DNA of 64,000 bases from Schmidtea polychroa. Lineage: Eukaryota. A model generated the notes under the pieces. It saw only the letters and a program-made list of their open reading frames with translations, was not told the DNA's origin and did not search any database. The DNA lies in the NCBI GenBank assembly GCA_044892525.1, contig CM097885.1, forward strand, positions 23,872,001 to 23,936,000, read 5' to 3'. Position numbers and translations under genes: made by a program. Below are positions 24,610 to 36,286 of this stretch, one piece after another (the stretch's first letter is position 1; each line of letters begins with the position of its first letter).

Positions 24610-24895
24610 ACGATCTCAGATAATTTATTGGTTACATCGAACTATGATCCAACACACCCCTTGTATAATAGGAACCTTGACTCAGTCATCGGGAAGTTTA
24701 AAGATGAGTGAAATGGATTAGGATATTCTGAATGGGTTTTCTTACGCCCGAAATGTTATAGTCTTTTAGGCAGTAAGGAAACAGTTAAAGCAAAGGGGTT
24801 TAAATTACCTGGGACATCCATAAACCACCGAACATCATACAAATCAGGTGATTTCTGTACCGCAGACTAGAATAGTGACTAGAAATCACAACTGT
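24610..24895 (+). pseudogene. Decayed fragment of a family-B pPolB C-terminus
   Basis: Translates to ..TSNYDPTHPLYNRNLDSVIGKFKDE*NGLGYSEWVFLRPKCYSLLG.., paralogous to 30790-31090. Confidence 0.85.
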
Positions 24896-25223
24896 GGTAG
24901 CAATTTCCTCCACCTTCCTTAAAAATCTAAAATAAAAGTCGGTCCAAAAAATCCAATATATATAATTTTATTTGCACTCTTGTTTTATTTTAATTATTGA
25001 ATTTTTCTCTATTTTGTTTTTTTGTTGATTACTACATCAATGAATAATTATAATTTTCTAGAAGATTTGTCCATCAAATATCTAATGTATTCTGTATGTC
25101 ATGTATTTTGGTTTAATTATTGCATCTTTAATTTAATAATTTTAGTTTTATTATGTCTTTGTTAAATAAGTCAACATTAACGTTTAAAATGTGTTTGTAA
25201 AATATATTTAAGTTTTAAAAGAC

Positions 25224-25254
<31 letters not shown>

Positions 25255-25743
25255 TCTATTCTTTCCTTGATTTCAATTGGTCTCCTGAAATGGTAAATAT
25301 ATTTCTACACAAGCACTGCGCATGGTGAAGCGGTGCAGGTTTGTCGACTGATAATTTGGAATATAGCAGTTCAAATCAATTTATTGTCAATTTAAGTCAT
25401 ACAACTCACACATCAGAATCCACAGGAGTGCAAAAAAAAGGGACAATACTTCTAAAACAATATAAAGTACTAGTTAAACGCTCCAAAACAAAGTCAATGA
25501 CTCATCATTTTTAAACAAAGACATATAGACACTTTACCAAAGACAATGACTCGTCGATGACTCATCTTTTTTAGAACAAAGACAATGACTCATAAAACAG
25601 GACTCCAATAGAACAAAGACCTTTTTACTATTATTATTACTGTTATTATTATTATTTTCAAAATATTATTTAAAACAATAAAGTGATAATTTAAACCTTT
25701 AGCTGTAAATAATGTATTTAATGAAAAAACATTTTCGACTATA

Positions 25744-26690
25744 AGTAGTGTGGTTATATACCCAACCAAAACAGCCCCCCAACAATAACATGCCTCCAAA
25801 TCACTTAAGCTATTAGAAAAACAATCTAAAACTTATACTTTTATAGTATTTTAACCCTATATTTTGAAAACAACCACCCTTAATGACTCTTACTGTTTTA
25901 ATCTTTAAAGCCTCAAACTCAAAAGCTTCAAACTAAAAAGAGAATAGAAAAGAAAATGGCATTATGAAAAAGTTAGAGGGCTATTTGATCTTTATCAGAT
26001 TATTGATTTTAAATTATATAAATTAAAAAATAAATGAAAAATAGTAAAACTGCTCTGAGGGGACAGTGGTATTTTTTTTTTTTTTTTTTCACTGTCCCCT
26101 CAACAGTTTTTTTGATCCGGATCATTTTTTTTTTATTTCAACCTCTTTCGTTTATCAAATCTCTTCTAATATACAAGCTGGCCAGAATCATACATCAGAA
26201 TCAATCCGATAATAGCAGCACGCCTTATTATTCGCTTCTCGCTCACGAAGTCGATTTCAACGGCGTTTTAAGCGTGCTGCTCGAAAGTACAAATGAATTC
26301 GAAAGCGAATCCGAAAGAGGTCCGAAAACAACTGAGAAATAAATGTGCACATTACCGGGATCGATCCGGGGGTGTTCGAAAGACAGGTGGCGATAATTAC
26401 CGGTTCGCCACCATCACCCGTTTCAATATTTTTTTTTTCATATTTATGTTTAAAAAATAATTAATTAATAAAAAAATAAAATAAAATAAAATAAATAAAA
26501 TAAAATATACAAGTACTTTATAAATATAAGATACCCACACTATTTTCAATATTATTTTCAAATTTTTAATATTATTTTATGTTGAAAAAAAACTAACCTC
26601 AGATGTGATTTGAACCACTATCCATTTGAACCACTGTGCCAGTCTATTCCCACTGCGCCATCAAGGTTTGAATTTTTGTCATTTTTTTAA
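25744..26690. repeat. Left terminal inverted repeat of A2
   Basis: Reverse complement of 11916-12888; continues into sequence like bases 55-77. Confidence 0.9.
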
Positions 26691-26911
26691 TTTTTAATTT
26701 ATAAAAAAATAAAATAAAATAAAATAAAATAAATAAAATAAAATATACAAGTACTTTATAAATATAAGATACCCACACTATTTTCAATATTATTTTCAAA
26801 TTTTTAATAATAATACTAAGTTTTTGACATGAAATTAGAAACGAAACGATGAGAATCAAATAGAGAAAATAACGAACTTTGTCCAAAATAAATTTATCGA
26901 TATTAGCACAA

Positions 26912-26984
<73 letters not shown>

Positions 26985-27311
26985 GTTATTATTATTATTA
27001 TTATTATATATAATTGTCACTTATAATTGTCATATTACTGTCAGATATATAATTATAAAGTAAGTACCCAAAATAATTAAATATAAAAATATCAAAAACA
27101 AATTGTTTGTTTATTTCGATATTCAAACTAACTATCGAAATGGGAGTCATGATAAATTAATGTTTAAAATAGAAAAATAAATGCCCCATATAAATATCAA
27201 TAAATACATGATAATAATATTGAATAAAAACATTGCAATAACTCTACAATAAAATTACATTATGAATATACTTTTTATGATTAATATTTTTTCAATAATT
27301 TATAAATATAT

Positions 27312-30300
27312 TTGATATATATTTATAATTTATCAGGTCCATTTTACCCACGATACTGTGTATCGTCAATCGGACATAGTTTGATATGCCACAAAAATAT
27401 GAAGAAATATTATCGCCAACCTTTTAATGGCATCAACTTTTTTATTTGCCCCATATGCAAAACTTCCCAGAGTGTAAGGTATAAGGAATTTTATAGTCAA
27501 CATTCTCAGCACTTAAATTCTTTCAAAACAAATAAACAAGAACTGTTTAAAATAATAAATAAGAATAACATTGAAATTGTAAATATTTTAAATAATAACA
27601 CAAAAAAGAAATCTAACAAAAGACCTGCTGAACATAGGGTGTCTAAAATTAAAAATAAAATTATAAAAACTGAAGTCATTGAGATCAGTGACGACGAAAT
27701 TATTAAAAATGAAGTCATTCTACTCAGTGATGACGAATGTAATAATATTATATATACTATAAATCATGATATTATAAATGATAATATTAATACTATAAAT
27801 ACTATAAATGAAAATATAAATAATGATAATACTATAAATACTATAAATCAAATAGCAGGATCATCTTTAGCGATTGAGCCGATAATAGAATCAAATTTAA
27901 ATGGCGCCATTCGAACTATTCGATTTGATATTGCCGATTCACAATTAATTAAAATTATAATAACGGATAGGATCACTGAAAAGTTAACATCTGAAATAAA
28001 TAACATGGGTAGCGTCAAAATTCAATTCGCTATTCTTATAAGATTTGAAAAAGATGGGGAAATCCGTGACAACTACTTTTCAAATAAATCCGAGATCTTT
28101 TCGGATAACTTTTTAATTGAGGGGGTTAATAAGTTAAACGAAAAAATTGAAAAGTTTACCTATTTAGGTAGTGGCTGGAGAGTAATTAATATCTTAGAGA
28201 TTGATTTCATTCTGACTAAATTTGCTCCTATTTGTCGCCTATCTGGTCATAGTTACATTCGTACACCTGCAGATTTGAAATCTAAAGGAGCAATTATAAA
28301 TGTTAAAAATAAGGATCATAAGTGTTTTCTATATAGTATTCTCGCGCTCTTGAAAAAAGATGAAATAGGTAGCCACCCTGAAAGAGTTTCAAAATATGAA
28401 AATCTTTTAAATATTCTTAATTACAATGAAGTCACGGATTGTCCGATGAAATTGTGTAATATACCTAAATTCGAAAAGAAAAATTTAGACTTAAATCTCG
28501 CCATAAATGTTCTGGCTTATACCCCTACTGTGATAGTTGATGATGATCAGGTTCCTAATGACTATGTTTTTAAACACCTCCACTTAAGTATAATTCACAG
28601 ATCAACGGTTACTGGCGGTACTCCAATTTATTTATTACTCTTGGAAAATAAGGATAATTATCATTACACCGCAGTGACCAACATTACACGTTTAATGAAC
28701 TGCCATCGTAATAATGACTGTAGTATTCAAATAAGATGCAAATGGTGCCCACATTGTCTTAACGGTTTTCGAATGGACAATGCTTTCACTAAACATGTGG
28801 CCCTATGCAGTAAAAATCAAACGGGTACAACCCTTTACACTTTACCCGAAAATAAATATTTAGTGTTTCAAAATCATTCAAAGAGAATCACCCCACCCTT
28901 TGTTATTTATGCCGATTTTGAATCGGTTTTACCTAAAGATGTTAAACATCATCAAATACATTTACCTATTTCAGCAGGTCTTTTATTAATAAATAATCTT
29001 AACAATAGAAAATCGTATTACGAGTTTTATGGTCTTGATTGTATACCTCAATTTCTTAAAAAAGTAGAGCAAATTGCTGTCACAATTGTCCTACCTTATT
29101 ATGAGCTTGAAGGGAAAAAACGGTTAGGACCTATGACTTTTGCTGAGGAACGACAATTCAAATCTTGTAGGAACTGCTATCTTTGCAAGAAGGTTTTATC
29201 CCTTGCTGTTCGAGATCATGACCATTTTACTGGTAATTATCTCGGTGCAGCCTGTAGGAAATGTAATATGGCTCGCAGAATTTATAAACAGCTGCCGATT
29301 GTATTTCATAATTTACGAGGCTACGACTTACACCATATTTTAAAATATGGTCTCAATGGCTTTCCTTCTTGGAATTTGAATATAATACCCACAAGCACAG
29401 AGAAATTTATCTCGATGATTGTTCACATTAAAAAATTAGCTGTTCGTTTTATCGACAGCATACAATTTGTTAATTGTTCTTTGGCTAAGGCTGTAAAAAC
29501 TCTAACTGATCTTCCTTTGACTTCGTCGGTTTTTGATAGGCTAATAATAGATGCTAAAGCCATATTTCCTTATGATTATGCGACTGATTTGGATGTACTT
29601 GAAACCACTTATGAATTGCCTCCTATTTGGTCTGGTGTTACTGAAGATGAGTATGCTAAGGCTCAACTTATTTGGACTCAACAACGTTGTACTAAATTGG
29701 CTGACTATATGTTAACTTATCAAAAATTGGATGTATTCCTCCTTGCGGACTATTTCCAACAATTCCGTGCCAAGGCCATTGCATACAATGGTCTAGAACC
29801 TCTAAACTTTTATGGTATTCCGGGTATGTCATGGGCCTCAGCGCTTATGACATTAACTGAGCCTATAGAACTTTTACAGGACATAGAAATGTTCAATTTT
29901 TACGAAGGAGGAATACGTGGTGGGTTAACATTTGTTAACAAACATTACGTTGCTGCTTCTGATAATACAGAATTATTATATATTGATATAAATAATCTGT
30001 ATGGTTGGGCTCTTAGCCAAAATCTTCCTTTTGCTGATTTCACTTGGGTGTATGATGAATTGAATGATGTATTGCTTGAGTGCATGAATGCTGACATTGA
30101 AATCCTTCCCTATGGTTATACCATAGAAGTGGATATAGATATTCCAGAAATTTTTCATGATTTTTTAAATGACTTTCCTCTTGCTCCTGAGAAAATGTGC
30201 CCGCCTGGTTCGAAAGTTGAGAAGTTGATGCTCACGCATTGGCCAAAGAAGAACCATGTTCTTCATTGGAGGCTTCTCAAGCTTTATTTGTCTCTTGGTG

Positions 30301-31271
30301 CCAAAGTTGTACACATCCATAGGGCTATAAAATTCAAGCAAGCACCGATTTTTAAAAATTATATAAATAAAAATACACAGCTAAGAGCTGAAGCAAGCAG
30401 TGAACTGTACAGAGATTTATTCAAATTGTATAATAATAGCTTGTACGGTAAATCCGTTGAAAACCTTAAGAAGAGATTAAATTTACGACTATGTAATTCC
30501 GCGGAAAAATTAATTACATATTCATCAAAACCATCATTTAGAAAAACCATCAAAATTGATGATGATCTTTTTGGTGTACATCTCAATAAGGAGTCTATAT
30601 GTTTGGATAGACCCAGCTACATCGGACAATCAGTGCTGGATTTATCCAAACTAAGGAAGTATCAATTACAGTACATAGAATTAGCAAAATATAGGAGTCA
30701 GTTTAACTGTGATATAAATATAGTTGCGGGTGATACCGATAGTTTCTTCTTAGAGGTCAAAAATGTAAAGCTTGACGTTCTTTTGCCAGCGATGATTTCG
30801 GATGACTTGTTAGACACCTCAAATTATGATTCCTCTCATCCTTTATATTCTAGGAAACTCGACTCAGTTATAGGAAAGTTTAAGGATGAGAGTAAGGGTG
30901 TAGGATATAGTGAGTGGGTTTTCTTGCGACCAAAGTGCTACAGTCTTTTAGGAAATAAATCTACTATGAGAGCTAAGGGCGTAAAATTACCAGGTACGGA
31001 TATAAAACATCAATCCTATTTAGACTGTTACAACAACAACACAGTTATTTCTGTACCTCAGACTAGAATAGGAACCCGAAATCATCAGCTTTTTACCTTT
31101 AAAAACTCAAAGATTGCTTTAACTAATCATGATGATAAAAGAGCTTGGGTAGAGAAAAACTCTAGTTTTGCATATGGTCATTATTTAGGGGTTGATGTCA
31201 TTGATAATGACGATAATGATATTCAATCAGGAGCAGATCCCGATCTCATCAATCAACATCTACAAGATTAA
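27312..31271 (+). CDS. Protein-primed DNA polymerase B, open frame (first ATG at 27399)
   Basis: IYADFES, FHNLRGYD, LDVFLLAD, LYIDINNLYG, KLYNNSLYGK, AGDTDS and an EndoVII/HNH-like CYLC..DHDH..CRKCN insert. Confidence 0.93.
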   Translation: MIYIYNLSGPFYPRYCVSSIGHSLICHKNMKKYYRQPFNGINFFICPICKTSQSVRYKEFYSQHSQHLNSFKTNKQELFKIINKNNIEIVNILNNNTKKKSNKRPAEHRVSKIKNKIIKTEVIEISDDEIIKNEVILLSDDECNNIIYTINHDIINDNINTINTINENINNDNTINTINQIAGSSLAIEPIIESNLNGAIRTIRFDIADSQLIKIIITDRITEKLTSEINNMGSVKIQFAILIRFEKDGEIRDNYFSNKSEIFSDNFLIEGVNKLNEKIEKFTYLGSGWRVINILEIDFILTKFAPICRLSGHSYIRTPADLKSKGAIINVKNKDHKCFLYSILALLKKDEIGSHPERVSKYENLLNILNYNEVTDCPMKLCNIPKFEKKNLDLNLAINVLAYTPTVIVDDDQVPNDYVFKHLHLSIIHRSTVTGGTPIYLLLLENKDNYHYTAVTNITRLMNCHRNNDCSIQIRCKWCPHCLNGFRMDNAFTKHVALCSKNQTGTTLYTLPENKYLVFQNHSKRITPPFVIYADFESVLPKDVKHHQIHLPISAGLLLINNLNNRKSYYEFYGLDCIPQFLKKVEQIAVTIVLPYYELEGKKRLGPMTFAEERQFKSCRNCYLCKKVLSLAVRDHDHFTGNYLGAACRKCNMARRIYKQLPIVFHNLRGYDLHHILKYGLNGFPSWNLNIIPTSTEKFISMIVHIKKLAVRFIDSIQFVNCSLAKAVKTLTDLPLTSSVFDRLIIDAKAIFPYDYATDLDVLETTYELPPIWSGVTEDEYAKAQLIWTQQRCTKLADYMLTYQKLDVFLLADYFQQFRAKAIAYNGLEPLNFYGIPGMSWASALMTLTEPIELLQDIEMFNFYEGGIRGGLTFVNKHYVAASDNTELLYIDINNLYGWALSQNLPFADFTWVYDELNDVLLECMNADIEILPYGYTIEVDIDIPEIFHDFLNDFPLAPEKMCPPGSKVEKLMLTHWPKKNHVLHWRLLKLYLSLGAKVVHIHRAIKFKQAPIFKNYINKNTQLRAEASSELYRDLFKLYNNSLYGKSVENLKKRLNLRLCNSAEKLITYSSKPSFRKTIKIDDDLFGVHLNKESICLDRPSYIGQSVLDLSKLRKYQLQYIELAKYRSQFNCDINIVAGDTDSFFLEVKNVKLDVLLPAMISDDLLDTSNYDSSHPLYSRKLDSVIGKFKDESKGVGYSEWVFLRPKCYSLLGNKSTMRAKGVKLPGTDIKHQSYLDCYNNNTVISVPQTRIGTRNHQLFTFKNSKIALTNHDDKRAWVEKNSSFAYGHYLGVDVIDNDDNDIQSGADPDLINQHLQD

Positions 31272-31633
31272 TTTAATTCTGTGATCGGACTTGTTTGAAT
31301 TTTTGTAAAATAGAAATTATTGTAAAGTCTCTTTTTCGTTTTATAATTATCGGTTTTATTTCTTTAATTTTTTTTTTAATAATTTGATGTGTAAAAGTAT
31401 TTTATTAGAATGTAGTTTGTTAATAAAAATAATAATAAAAATAATAATACTTACTATATTGTGCACAAACATTATATCTTCAAATATATAACCATTGGAT
31501 AGAGCTCTTCAAGACCTTTTTAATGAACCATTATTCAATAAAATCTATCGAAGATAATCCTTAAAATTACCATTATTGATTTTAAATTATTTTCTTGTTT
31601 AATAAATGAGTTGTTTTAATGTATCTCTTATAA

Positions 31634-32191
31634 ATGTGTGCAGAATATAAGTATTTTCATAAATTTATTAAGAAATTACTGATGACCACGAGATCATTCA
31701 AGTTTTTAAACTGCACCGTTGAAGATTTTATGAACAATTATGATACTTTCACTGAAAAGGAAACCATAAAAATTTTAGAAATTTTCAAACATTCCTCCAT
31801 TGGATATTTGATTGATTTATTTAATTACAATAAATGCATTTTGAAGTTATCGATTTATTTGATGCATTTAGACAAAGCAATAGTAGATAATGATTCATTG
31901 AATGAATGCTTTTGGAATTGTATGGATTTAAGGCTGGAACCAGGATATAGTAGTAGATTGATTTATGAATGGATATCGAAATCCGAATTGATTGAAAATA
32001 AGCTAAGGAAAAAACTCAATGATGGTAGGAAAATGTATTTAACTTGTTACATTTGTAAAGAAAATCAAGTATCGGTTTTGTTTTTACCTTGCGGACATGT
32101 AATTGTATGTTCTAAATGCCATGATTCAAATGTTCGCAAATGTAAAGCATGTTCAATGTATATTAATGAGTATCATACTATATACATTTAA
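31634..32191 (+). CDS. C-terminal IAP-type C3HC4 RING protein (putative E3 ligase)
   Basis: CYICKENQVSVLFLPCGHVIVCSKC...CKAC...I ending IYI; no BIR motif seen. Confidence 0.8.
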   Translation: MCAEYKYFHKFIKKLLMTTRSFKFLNCTVEDFMNNYDTFTEKETIKILEIFKHSSIGYLIDLFNYNKCILKLSIYLMHLDKAIVDNDSLNECFWNCMDLRLEPGYSSRLIYEWISKSELIENKLRKKLNDGRKMYLTCYICKENQVSVLFLPCGHVIVCSKCHDSNVRKCKACSMYINEYHTIYI

Positions 32192-32295
32192 TAAACATTT
32201 ATTTCTTTACCTTTGTTATTAATACTTTGAATATTGTAAATAATAAAACTATGTATCAAATAATAATATTCAAAATAAACCAAATTTACAAACTA

Positions 32296-32349
32296 CCGCC
32301 CAGCGGCGGGCAGCGGGCGGCGGGCGAGCGGGCGGTGGGCGGGCGGCGG
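32296..32349 (+). promoter_or_regulatory. GC island with GGGCGG boxes and six GGG runs
   Basis: ccgcccagcggcgggcagcgggcggcgggcgagcgggcggtgggcgggcggcgg in AT-rich surroundings. Confidence 0.45.
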
Positions 32350-32448
32350 TTGTGTATGTCGATGATTTTAATTTTTATTAAATGCATTTGTTTGATTTCA
32401 GAATTCGATTTGTGTGACTAACCTTGTTAAATTTGAGTTGATGTAAAT

Positions 32449-32563
<115 letters not shown>

Positions 32564-32855
32564 TTAATAATAATAAAGTAATTTCTTATGAAGATTTATA
32601 TTAAAGGGATTCAAAGCTGATTTATGAAATTGGTTGAACCTTTTAAATGTAATTATCCAACAATAAATATTTAATGTAATAATGATCAAATTCACTTAAC
32701 AAGGCAGTGCCGACAATTTGTGAGAGTCGACAAACATCGATATATTACTGATTTATAATCTTCAAAGTCTCTTTTCAATTCAATGGATATTATAATCAGT
32801 GGTGAAATTGGAAGAAATAAAAGTTCTTATAATAATAGTAATTATTTGTAAAAAT

Positions 32856-32930
<75 letters not shown>

Positions 32931-33087
32931 GGAAAAATACTGAATTATTATTGATTAAAATATTTGAAGGGATAACATGTGGTATGAAATTATGCGTTAA
33001 TAATCGATTACATCAACGGAAATTCACATGATTTGCACTATGAACTGTTACTAAATCATGTGTGAATGATATCAGTAAATGATATCA

Positions 33088-33201
33088 GACCTTAAAAAAA
33101 AAATTTGACCTTGACCTTAAAAAATTTGACCTTGACCTTAAAAATTTGACCTTGACCTGTCCTGGATGTGACATGTCCTGGAGGTGACACATCTTACTAC
33201 T
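33088..33201. repeat. Terminal repeats of Polinton B
   Basis: Three AAAATTTGACCTTGACCT units, two TGTCCTGGA.GTGACA units, then ACTACT. Confidence 0.75.
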
Positions 33202-34006
33202 GTAGTCCATGTGAATGAGTATTAACATACCAATCTCCGTGTGGTAAATCATAACTAGTCATTATAACATCACCCTTTTCAAACTTACTATTATAATCAC
33301 ATTTCACAAACCATTTCATTCTTTCATTATCATCATCAAACAAAAAGAAATAAGGATCAATAATTTTTACAACCATAAAAACACCCCATTCTTTACTGTT
33401 TGTTGTTATTAAACTTGGTTCTATAAAATGTTTATATGTATGGGGTAATAATGTTTTATTCTGTTCTAATTCAGCAGCTCTTTTTCTAATACTATGTGTG
33501 GTGTTAATGTGTATTCCATGAGACTCTAAATTTGAAATTCTTTTATTAAATGATGTAATCATCTCATTTATTATTTTATATATTGTATTAAATTTAGTAT
33601 TCATAATTTGTTTATCTTTAGAATTTAATATAGCAGTATTTAACTTTACAACTTGTTCAGTTAACAGACTTTGTAACTTGTCAAATTTATCATTAAATCG
33701 TTGTTCGATATTATTAAGCTTTGATTCCATTGAATCAATTTTTGTTGTTAATGAACTTTCAATTCTTGTTGTTGTTAAATCAGTATATTTTTTAACACCA
33801 TCTACATATTTCTTATTAACTGCATCAGCTTCATCAGTTGGAAAAGATAATTCTTTTATCTTGTGTCCATTTAAAATTAAATCACCCTTCATTGAATCAC
33901 CTCTTACATTAATATATTTATTTTCTGTTAAAGTTAATATTTCTTCTGTATTAAACCCTGTTTTTATTGTTCCACCACCTCTATTACATGGAATATAAGA
34001 ACTCAT
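33197..34006 (-). pseudogene. Putative fiber/attachment protein, 3'-truncated by the Polinton B insertion
   Basis: Fiber-type motif YINVRGDSMKGDL...PTDEADAVNKKYVD, then a coiled coil and RKR. The stop codon comes from the B terminus. Confidence 0.6.
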
Positions 34007-34046
34007 TTATTAATAATTTTAAATGGACGGAGTCCCCTGAGAGGAA

Positions 34047-34811
34047 CTAAACCTGTTTCAAATGTAAATACATTGAAATCTCTTCTCCATTAAAATCAAT
34101 CAATTCTCCTTCTTGATTAAGAATTTTAAAATTAATATCCATTATATATTTTCTACATAAAGGTAAATAATTTGGAGGATTCATTCTTTCAACTATTTTA
34201 TATCCCATAGGAACTGTGTTTGAGGGAAAGGAATATAAAACATTTGTTTGTTTACCATTATTATAAGAACCTGTTATACAATCGCAATGAATATTTATTG
34301 TGTTTGTATTTATTATTTTTATAATATGTTCTGATGTTATTATTTTATCTTCTTTTATTGTTATATCCATAGGTTTAAATCCTAAAACTGTGTGAAAGAA
34401 ACAATTATCTAAAAAACTAATTTTTATATTCTTCAAAGTCATTACACATTTTGAAGTTGGTATATCCATTTTAATTTTAATACCTTCATTTGTTTTTTTA
34501 GAAAGTATATCATTTAAATCTTTTATCTCATATGCCCCAGGTTCTATTGTTATAATTTCTGGTTTATGCCCATCACGAGTTTGAATAGTAAATTTATTAT
34601 TATCTTTAGTTATATTAAAAATAGTATTATAAGCACAAAACCATAATAGCCCCAATTCATAATTTAAATTTTGATCTAATTTAATTGAATCTTGAAAGTT
34701 TATTGTAAAGTCTGATTCTTTTGAATTTATAGATAAAGTTCTTGAATATTTATCTGACATTATGTTTACCATTCTTTTTAAATTATCTTCCGGAGGGTTG
34801 TGAAGCTCCAT
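34047..34811 (-). CDS. Minor capsid (penton-like) protein
   Basis: 254 aa with YELGL, IEPGAY, IHCDCI.GSY.NG and IDFNGE motifs typical of Polinton minor capsid. Confidence 0.85.
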   Translation of the reverse strand: MELHNPPEDNLKRMVNIMSDKYSRTLSINSKESDFTINFQDSIKLDQNLNYELGLLWFCAYNTIFNITKDNNKFTIQTRDGHKPEIITIEPGAYEIKDLNDILSKKTNEGIKIKMDIPTSKCVMTLKNIKISFLDNCFFHTVLGFKPMDITIKEDKIITSEHIIKIINTNTINIHCDCITGSYNNGKQTNVLYSFPSNTVPMGYKIVERMNPPNYLPLCRKYIMDINFKILNQEGELIDFNGEEISMYLHLKQV

Positions 34812-34859
34812 TTCTTTAGTAGTAAATTCATATAGTAAAAATCCTTATAGTAAAAATCC

Positions 34860-35324
34860 TTATAGTAGAGATTCTAGATCATTATAAATTTCTTGAATTA
34901 TAGATTCAAAATCCTGCGTATGCCCCTTTCCCTCTCCCTTATTCAATCTATACAAAACATATAAACTTAAAATACCACATATTTTAGTATTCAAAGGTTG
35001 AACTTGTAAAGAGTTAAAAGTATAACCATTTGGGGAATCAATCGGAGAACCCCTCAAGAGATAATCTTCAATTTCTTTAGTAGGTTTAATCCCAAAAGTA
35101 TCAAAGTAGATAGATTTCTTATATATACAAACCCAATGAGATCCTTTTTCATTTGAATTTTGATAATTGATTATTATATTCAGGGGACTCTCCAGACTTG
35201 ATAATTCATCATTCATTAATATTTTAATTTTTAAATTTAAATAATTTGCATAATCTTTTAAATCAAAATTTGTTTTTGCATTTATTCCAAATGTTTTTAA
35301 AAAATCTAATATTGAAGGAGTCAT
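34860..35324 (-). CDS. Adenain-like protease (A2)
   Basis: H/D/C motifs intact. Confidence 0.9.
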   Translation of the reverse strand: MTPSILDFLKTFGINAKTNFDLKDYANYLNLKIKILMNDELSSLESPLNIIINYQNSNEKGSHWVCIYKKSIYFDTFGIKPTKEIEDYLLRGSPIDSPNGYTFNSLQVQPLNTKICGILSLYVLYRLNKGEGKGHTQDFESIIQEIYNDLESLL

Positions 35325-35346
35325 TTTGTATTTTAAAACTTCGTAT

Positions 35347-36264
35347 TTATAACTTCGTATACTTATTAAATTTATCTTTTGAAATTATTCCTTGTTTTAA
35401 CAAATCTTTAGAAATCTTTAAAATATCAGAATCTAAATTATTATGTCCTGCTTTCCTTGCAGCTAATAGTTTTCTTAATTCAATAAAAAGATTGATGGGA
35501 TTTGGTTTACCACCTTCAATAAATAATCCCTCTCCCTCTGTAACAACATAACCCTTTTCATTTTTATTTAAATAATTCTTTAAATCTTGAATATATTTTG
35601 CTTTAGAACTAGCTCTTATTAATCTTATTAAATTTAAATATTTTTTAATTTCTTCAACATCATCTGAAGAATATCCACAAAGTAATCTATAAAAATCATC
35701 TGTAAATTCAAAGTCTAAATATTCATTATTATAAACATTTTGTGAATGAATACGTGATTTATTTTCTGAATTTGAATATAAAGTAAAGTTTTGTTTATTA
35801 ATTGTTATTATTTGATATCCTTCAGTATTAGTATTAAATGTGGGTCTAATTGAAGGAGGTAAATCATCTCAAATTTTAGGATCAACTTTAAGAGGTTTTG
35901 TTTTTAAAAACATTTCTTCTTCTTCCACATTAGTAATTCTTCTGCGTTTTCTTTGATTTCTTTCAGGATGGTTTTCACTGGATTCTTTTTCTTTATCCTG
36001 CCACTCTAGTTCTTTTATTTTTTGTTTTTTATCTTCTAACTCTTTAAATTTTGCTTGCTCATTGAAATCTTCTAACTCTTTAAATTTTGCTTGCTCATTG
36101 AAATCTTCCAACTCTTTTATAGCTTTAATTGTTGACCCCTGTTGTTGTGTTATTACCTCATTTAATATTATAGATTCAGCATGTTGAGTTGTATCTTTTT
36201 TATTATATTTATCTTGTTCTGATTGTAATTTTTTTAAAAGTGCTAATCTTTCTTCATATACCAT
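35347..36264 (-). pseudogene. Core-type protein with the same in-frame TGA as A1
   Basis: Copy of 6313-7230; TGA at 35869-35871. Confidence 0.7.
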
Positions 36265-36286
36265 TTTAATGGTATCAAAAATGGTA

